Below are positions 28,016-32,548 of a stretch of DNA of 32,548 nt, in pieces (position 1 is the stretch's first letter; every line of letters begins with the position of its first letter). The notes beneath the pieces are model-generated. The model saw only the letters and a list, made by a program, of their open reading frames with translations. It was not told the DNA's origin and ran no database searches. A program made the translations under genes and the position numbers. This DNA comes from an uncultured Lachnospiraceae bacterium (GTDB lineage: Bacteria; Bacillota; Clostridia; Oscillospirales; CAG-272), in the NCBI GenBank assembly GCA_964586965.1, contig CAZPJU010000003.1, forward strand, positions 1 to 32,548, in the 5' to 3' direction.

Positions 28016-28364
28016 CTTCTGTGTCTCCTTTCGCTTTATCGGAAGAAATATCGGTAACATTCTCCGTGACAATATCGCTGACGGAATATTCAAGCTGTGC
28101 CAAAAGATGCGTCGATTCGGGTGAAGTCAGCATCATTAAAACAAGCACGGAAAGCATCTTCAGCGATACAAAATCAAATCCCATGTATACTATTGCCGAC
28201 ACAGTGACACAAAACACACCGACCGTATCAGCCACGGCAGCTGCGTGAAGTCGGTTAAGGCAAAAGCCGAATCTGCCGACTCCGAGCGCTGCGGAAGCAA
28301 ATGCAAGAACGCCCACAAGAGTAAAAGCAGCGCTTATCCCGAATTTGATCCATTCAAAAATCAT
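28002..28364 (-). CDS. mrpG: Cation:proton antiporter subunit G (MrpG/MbhC)
   Basis: NRLHAAAVADTVG and LTSPESTHLL motifs; ATGA overlap with mrpF stop at 28361-28364. Confidence 0.88.
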   Translation of the reverse strand: MIFEWIKFGISAAFTLVGVLAFASAALGVGRFGFCLNRLHAAAVADTVGVFCVTVSAIVYMGFDFVSLKMLSVLVLMMLTSPESTHLLAQLEYSVSDIVTENVTDISSDKAKGDTEDGIN

Positions 28365-28648
28365 TTTGTGCCTCGCTTTCCCCTGCCGTACACACGTCTC
28401 AATATAACAACAGAGACGAAATTGACAAGCGCGTAAATAACGGCGATATCCGCAAGATATCCCGCCTTCAAGAGCGGAACAAGCGTCATGATACATCCGA
28501 TAACGGCAGTGCCGATCATGTTTATACCCATTACCTTGTCGCAAACCTCAGGTCCACGGCAACTTCTGAACATTCCGCAAAGTCCGTACATCAAAAGAAA
28601 GACTCCGGTGAATTCAAATAAATATTTATATGCGATTTCGGGCGTCAT
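28361..28648 (-). CDS. mrpF: Cation:proton antiporter subunit F (MrpF/MbhB)
   Basis: RGPEVCDKVMGIN and LADIAVIYALVNFV motifs; 95 aa; GGAGGTG RBS. Confidence 0.88.
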   Translation of the reverse strand: MTPEIAYKYLFEFTGVFLLMYGLCGMFRSCRGPEVCDKVMGINMIGTAVIGCIMTLVPLLKAGYLADIAVIYALVNFVSVVILRRVYGRGKRGTK

Positions 28649-28651
28649 GGC

Positions 28652-29122
28652 TTACACCTCCTTGAGTATTCTTTCCATACGAGTTAAAAGCCGAACAAAA
28701 ACGGACGCATCCATTCCGTGCGACATTTCCTCATGAAGGCAATGAACGGTAAAAGAATTATGCTGTTGATCGAGCGTGATCGTACCGGGCGTAAGCGTTA
28801 TGCTGTTTGCCAAAACGACATTTGCCATGTCGCTTTTCAATTCGGTGTCAAACCTTACGACAACTCCGGCGGGCTTTTTTCTGCCGAAAATATACGGCAT
28901 CACAGACAGATTTGCCTTGAATATTTCAACTACAAGGGTAAGAAAATACAAAACGGCAAGCGGTATCAGTTTGTAAACAGCACGCTCCTTTGAAAAGCTC
29001 CACGAAAGGAAACTTCGAGCAAAAAGAAAGACTGCCGCTGAGACGAACACACCCGTTATCAGGATCTCGGCAGTCAATTTTCCGGATAGTATAATCCAAA
29101 AAATAAAAAGTGATAAAATCAT
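28652..29122 (-). CDS. mrpE: Cation:proton antiporter subunit E (MrpE/MbhA)
   Basis: EIFKAN, LANSITLTPGTITL and VHCL motifs; ATG 29122 follows AGAGGT. Confidence 0.92.
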   Translation of the reverse strand: MILSLFIFWIILSGKLTAEILITGVFVSAAVFLFARSFLSWSFSKERAVYKLIPLAVLYFLTLVVEIFKANLSVMPYIFGRKKPAGVVVRFDTELKSDMANVVLANSITLTPGTITLDQQHNSFTVHCLHEEMSHGMDASVFVRLLTRMERILKEV

Positions 29123-29198
29123 AAAACGAACCTCTTTTGATGTCGTTCGCATCAAACATTGATATTCGACGCAAAAATCGGCATTTTTTATCCTATTT

Positions 29199-29227
29199 AT
29201 TATAATGTCAGTCACCATCCAATTCAA
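29199..29227 (-). promoter_or_regulatory. sigmaA promoter of the mrp-like operon
   Basis: Minus strand TTGAAT-17 nt-TATAAT, about 77 nt upstream of the mrpE start. Confidence 0.7.
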
Positions 29228-29285
29228 CGGCACCTTTACACAAATCCCGACTCGGAATATTCGACTTTTATAGACAAAATCACAC

Positions 29286-29322
29286 AAAAAGAGAGCGAAA
29301 TGTTATTTCGCTCTCTTTTTTT
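29286..29322 (-). terminator. Intrinsic terminator ending the srtB-rlmA-GT2 operon
   Basis: AAAAAGAGAGCGAAAT-GTT-ATTTCGCTCTCTTTTT perfect 16-bp inverted repeat. Confidence 0.85.
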
Positions 29323-29355
29323 CGTTTTCGCGTCAAATTTATTGTACCGAAATGA

Positions 29356-30072
29356 TCACGTATTTTTAACATGTTTTTTAATACGTTTGAGCTCTCCGAG
29401 CATTTCGACAGTATCATCCACTATCCTGACTTTTGAATCGGACTCCCTGTGATTTATAACGGAAACGGGCATTTCGGACACTTTATAGCCGAGTTTATCG
29501 GCAAAAAGCAAAACCTCAATATCAAATGCAAAGCGATCTGTCTCGGTACGGCTGAAAATATCATGTGCCGCTTTTCTGCGAAACGCCTTGAACCCGCACT
29601 GGGAATCGCTGTATTTCAATCCCGCGGCAAGTTTCAAAACAAGTATATACGTTTTGGACGCAAGCTTTCTCAGAAACGTATACCCATCATACCCGCTTTT
29701 GTCGAGATTGCGTGAGCCTATAACGATATCCGTTTTCGGTTCGGCATTGAATTTGGCAAGCGCCTGTGCGATCTTATCAGTTCCGTATGCATTATCGCAG
29801 TCGGTGCATAGGATCACATCCCCCTCTGCCGCCATTACAGCGGTTCTGACAGCGCAACCTTTGCCTCTGTTTTCGTGGTACCCCACAACCTTTACCCTCG
29901 GATGAGCCACGGCGCGCGCAATATCTCCGCAACCGTCTTGACTTCCGTCATCGCACAAAACAATTTCATAATCACCGCCCGTTATTTTTTCGAGAGCGTC
30001 AGTATATGTCGCAATCGCATCCTTGACGATACCTGCTTCGTTATACATGGGAACACAAAGAGAAAGCTTCAT
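29356..30072 (-). CDS. GT2 polyprenol-phosphate glycosyltransferase (DPM/DPG-synthase-like)
   Basis: VPMYNE, CDDGSQD, NRGKGCAV, TDCD, IGSR, DSQCGFKAF and FAFDIE motifs. Confidence 0.9.
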   Translation of the reverse strand: MKLSLCVPMYNEAGIVKDAIATYTDALEKITGGDYEIVLCDDGSQDGCGDIARAVAHPRVKVVGYHENRGKGCAVRTAVMAAEGDVILCTDCDNAYGTDKIAQALAKFNAEPKTDIVIGSRNLDKSGYDGYTFLRKLASKTYILVLKLAAGLKYSDSQCGFKAFRRKAAHDIFSRTETDRFAFDIEVLLFADKLGYKVSEMPVSVINHRESDSKVRIVDDTVEMLGELKRIKKHVKNT

Positions 30073-30093
30073 TAATCAAATCCTCATCTATAT

Positions 30094-30945
30094 TTATTGC
30101 AATTCAAGAACGGTGTAGTCAACCTCAACCGTAACGGTTAAGCGCTCAAGCTTTTCAAGCGCTTCCACACCCGATTTAGGCGTTCGCCAATAATATGGTG
30201 TCATCGAAAACAGCTCAAATATTGCTTCGTTTCCATCGACCGTAGTTTGATAGGAAACAGTGCTTTTTTCCACAAGCTCAAGTCCCGTTCCGCTAGCGCG
30301 TAAAGCGTGGTCAAGCGTCTCGTTATCTCGTGCATTATCTTCACCGTAAAGTATTTTTTTCAGCTCTGTCAAGTGTTTTTCGCCCGACGAGCCTATAATC
30401 ACTTTACCTCCGCGCTTCAAAACACGCACAAATTCATTATAGTCGCACGGCGAAAACAACGAAATTACAAGATCTGCTTCATTGTTCGCAAGCGGCATTT
30501 CCGCAAGCGACGCGACTGCATAAGCGACATTTTCCGATATTCCGAGCCGTTTCGACTGTTTTGCCGCAGCTTCGCAGGCGTGTTTTGATGCGTCTATCCC
30601 GACAACCTTGAAATTCGGGCAAAAAGTATTAACGGCATTTGTGTAATATCCTTCTCCGCATCCTGCATCAACAGCGATCCCACCGTTTTTTGCGTGATTT
30701 TTTACAATTGAGATCAGATAATCTCTGTTTTTTTCATAGTATCCCGCCGAAAGGAATTTCGTCCTCGCGGTAACCATCCCCTTATCGTCTCCGGAGCTTC
30801 TGTTTCTGAGTTTTCCGGGGCGCAAAAGATTCACATATCCCGCCGAAGAAATATCAAAGCTGTGACCATCGGCACAAAAAAGTCTTTTTCCATCGCAATC
30901 GAGCCTATTGCCACAGAGCGGACACACAAAAACATCATTTATCAT
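30094..30945 (-). CDS. rlmA: 23S rRNA m1G745/m1G748 methyltransferase (RlmA family)
   Basis: Zn-binding CPLC...C..GHSFD...GYVNLL, GDDKGMVTARTKFL.AGYY, DAGCGEGYY, HL.ELK and MTPYYW motifs. Confidence 0.9.
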   Translation of the reverse strand: MINDVFVCPLCGNRLDCDGKRLFCADGHSFDISSAGYVNLLRPGKLRNRSSGDDKGMVTARTKFLSAGYYEKNRDYLISIVKNHAKNGGIAVDAGCGEGYYTNAVNTFCPNFKVVGIDASKHACEAAAKQSKRLGISENVAYAVASLAEMPLANNEADLVISLFSPCDYNEFVRVLKRGGKVIIGSSGEKHLTELKKILYGEDNARDNETLDHALRASGTGLELVEKSTVSYQTTVDGNEAIFELFSMTPYYWRTPKSGVEALEKLERLTVTVEVDYTVLELQ

Positions 30946-32000
30946 TCCTGAACCTCAACAAGAACCCCCTGCAAACAATACCTAAGCGTACTTATACCAA
31001 GCTTTGTGCAGGTTGAAAGAGTTATAATTCTATCGTTTTCGCTTATATCTATACGCTTGGAATACTGAGACTGTGACTGCATCTCGTTTACAAAGTCAAC
31101 AAACGAAGCTCCGCTTCCAAAATAAGTGCGAAAATACTGATAATCATATCTGAATACCGCAAGATTGAACGGCTCGTATACGTAAAGTCCCGTTGTAGTA
31201 TAGATATATATTTTATGCGTATTGAAGAACTCCTCGCTTTGAGCGAATTTCATCACGTCCGCAAACATCTGACCATTCGAGCAGTTATGGCCGTACAAAA
31301 CAAGATTATAGTTATCCAAAACGTATGTTCCGAGTCTATAATCGGCAAAAATCGAACCGACCTTCATCGACTCACCTGTAAAAGCGTGATTCAAATAAAA
31401 TTCGTTGTCCTCGCCCTGCGCGATCGGATAACTGATTTTTGTATCCTCTATCATGATATATCCGTACACATCGGGATATGTATTTCTGAGCGCGGCAAGC
31501 TTCGCTTTCATAAGTTCAAGTTCCTCGTTGTACTCTGAATCCGAAACAAGCGTGCCCGAATCGGGTTGTGACACCCCGGCAACAAACGCCTCTGACGATG
31601 CGCTTTTTGCCATCGTTACCGCACCGCTTACGGACGCACTCGGATCAACGAAGAACTGATATTCTTTCATATAATCCTCATAATAATCAGCGCCCGACTC
31701 CTGCTCAACCGTCAGCACGATAATATTAACAACGCAATAAATAAAGACAGCCATTGCTCCGAGAAGCACAAGCTTATCGAAAATATTTCCGAGCAGCCTT
31801 GCCGCATTAAAACGTTTTCCTTTAACTTCGGCGCAAATATCGTCCGCAGTCACCTCGGAAATCGAGTTAACAAAAACTCCGTCACCGTCATTTTCGGAAA
31901 GAAGGTAATCGCTGTCATCCGCAACGGGAACTGCGTTAATATCGAGCTTCCCGTGTCTGCCGAGTAGCTCACTTTGACTTTTTTTGGCTTTTTCGTCCAC
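30942..32000 (-). CDS. srtB: Class B sortase
   Basis: N-terminal TM anchor; ISYPIAQGEDNEFYL, GSIFAD, LYGHN, ITLSTC and downstream Arg (His/Cys/Arg triad). GTG 32000 follows GAGGAG. Confidence 0.9.
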   Translation of the reverse strand: MDEKAKKSQSELLGRHGKLDINAVPVADDSDYLLSENDGDGVFVNSISEVTADDICAEVKGKRFNAARLLGNIFDKLVLLGAMAVFIYCVVNIIVLTVEQESGADYYEDYMKEYQFFVDPSASVSGAVTMAKSASSEAFVAGVSQPDSGTLVSDSEYNEELELMKAKLAALRNTYPDVYGYIMIEDTKISYPIAQGEDNEFYLNHAFTGESMKVGSIFADYRLGTYVLDNYNLVLYGHNCSNGQMFADVMKFAQSEEFFNTHKIYIYTTTGLYVYEPFNLAVFRYDYQYFRTYFGSGASFVDFVNEMQSQSQYSKRIDISENDRIITLSTCTKLGISTLRYCLQGVLVEVQE

Positions 32001-32020
32001 GTTGCATCTCCTCATCTTGC

Positions 32021-32049
32021 TTGACAGTACAAGTAAAATACTGTATAAT
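32021..32049 (+). promoter_or_regulatory. Perfect-consensus sigmaA promoter for rlmD/rlmCD
   Basis: TTGACA-17 nt-TATAAT. Confidence 0.8.
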
Positions 32050-32072
32050 CGTTTTCAACGAATATATATCAC

Positions 32073-32101
32073 ATTATACTGCTGTATTTGTAATTTTTCA
32101 A
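32073..32101 (-). promoter_or_regulatory. sigmaA promoter for the srtB-rlmA-GT2 operon
   Basis: Minus strand TTGAAA-17 nt-TATAAT. Confidence 0.75.
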
Positions 32102-32149
32102 CACAGCATTTATTTATTTAATAGTATTTTTACATTCGGAGAATGCGGT

Positions 32150-32548
32150 ATGGACGAAAAGATCATCAAGAACGCGAAAATCACGGAAATGACCAACATG
32201 GGCGCCGGAATCACAAAGGACAGCGACGGAAAAACCGTTTTTGTCATCGGCGGAGCTGACGGTGACGTTTGCGACATTAAAATCACATCCGTGCGTTCCT
32301 CGTTTGCTTTCGGTGTGCCGATTTCGATCAGCATCCCCTCTCCGTATCGAATCAATCCGGACTGTGCCGCTTTCGAAGTGGGCTGCGGCGGCTGCTCATT
32401 CAGACACGTCACATACAGTCACGAACTTGAAATAAAACAAAATTATGTTGCGTCACTGCTAAATCGAGCAGGTGCAAATGTAGACCTTGAACACATATTT
32501 TCCGCAGGCGAGTATGAACCGAGGACGAAAGTAACCGTTCCGATCGGA
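32150..32548 (+). CDS. rlmD: 23S rRNA (uracil-5)-methyltransferase RlmD/RlmCD, truncated at the window edge
   Basis: Not in the ORF track. Manual translation: MDEKIIKNAKITEMTNMGAGI...GKTVFVIGGADGDVCDIKI (TRAM domain)...SPYRINPDCAAFEVGCGGCSFRHVTYSHELEIKQ ([4Fe-4S] Cys motif); GGAG RBS; open to the window end. Confidence 0.9.
   Translation, partial: MDEKIIKNAKITEMTNMGAGITKDSDGKTVFVIGGADGDVCDIKITSVRSSFAFGVPISISIPSPYRINPDCAAFEVGCGGCSFRHVTYSHELEIKQNYVASLLNRAGANVDLEHIFSAGEYEPRTKVTVPIG

Noticed and set aside
32110-32435. ORF-track calls 32110-32412 (-) and 32241-32435 (+)
   Set aside because: Both are alternative frames over the real rlmD reading frame starting at 32150.
1-32548. CRISPR arrays, IS elements, prophage or defence genes
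   Set aside because: No regularly spaced repeats and no transposase, integrase, nuclease or phage motifs were seen. Nearly all of the sequence is accounted for by the listed genes.

Overview
Bacterial window, most likely from a Clostridia/Bacillota-type anaerobe (sigmaA-type promoters, GGAGG ribosome-binding sites, class B sortase, tRNA without encoded CCA). Contents from left to right: (1) a partial GH43 glycosidase on the minus strand, missed by the ORF track, and an LMW tyrosine phosphatase. (2) An AT-rich ~15.7 kb Wzx/Wzy surface-polysaccharide cassette with 10 glycosyltransferases, an acetyltransferase, a pyruvyl transferase, an FrhB-like Fe-S protein, a flippase and a polymerase, plus a separately transcribed priming phosphoglycosyltransferase. 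(3) tRNA-Arg(CCG). (4) A small Gly-rich membrane protein and an L-fucose-isomerase-family gene. (5) A self-contained 10-gene Mrp/Mbh-type cation:proton antiporter operon with four antiporter-like (MrpD/MrpA/NuoLMN-type) subunits and no redox module. (6) A srtB-rlmA-GT2 operon facing a partial rlmD/rlmCD through face-to-face promoters. The best leads are the four-module orphan Mbh-like membrane arm and the pyruvyl-transferase + FrhB-like pair, a possible lactyl-ether-forming module. No integrase, transposase or CRISPR array was seen. Family assignments come from motif recognition, not database searches.
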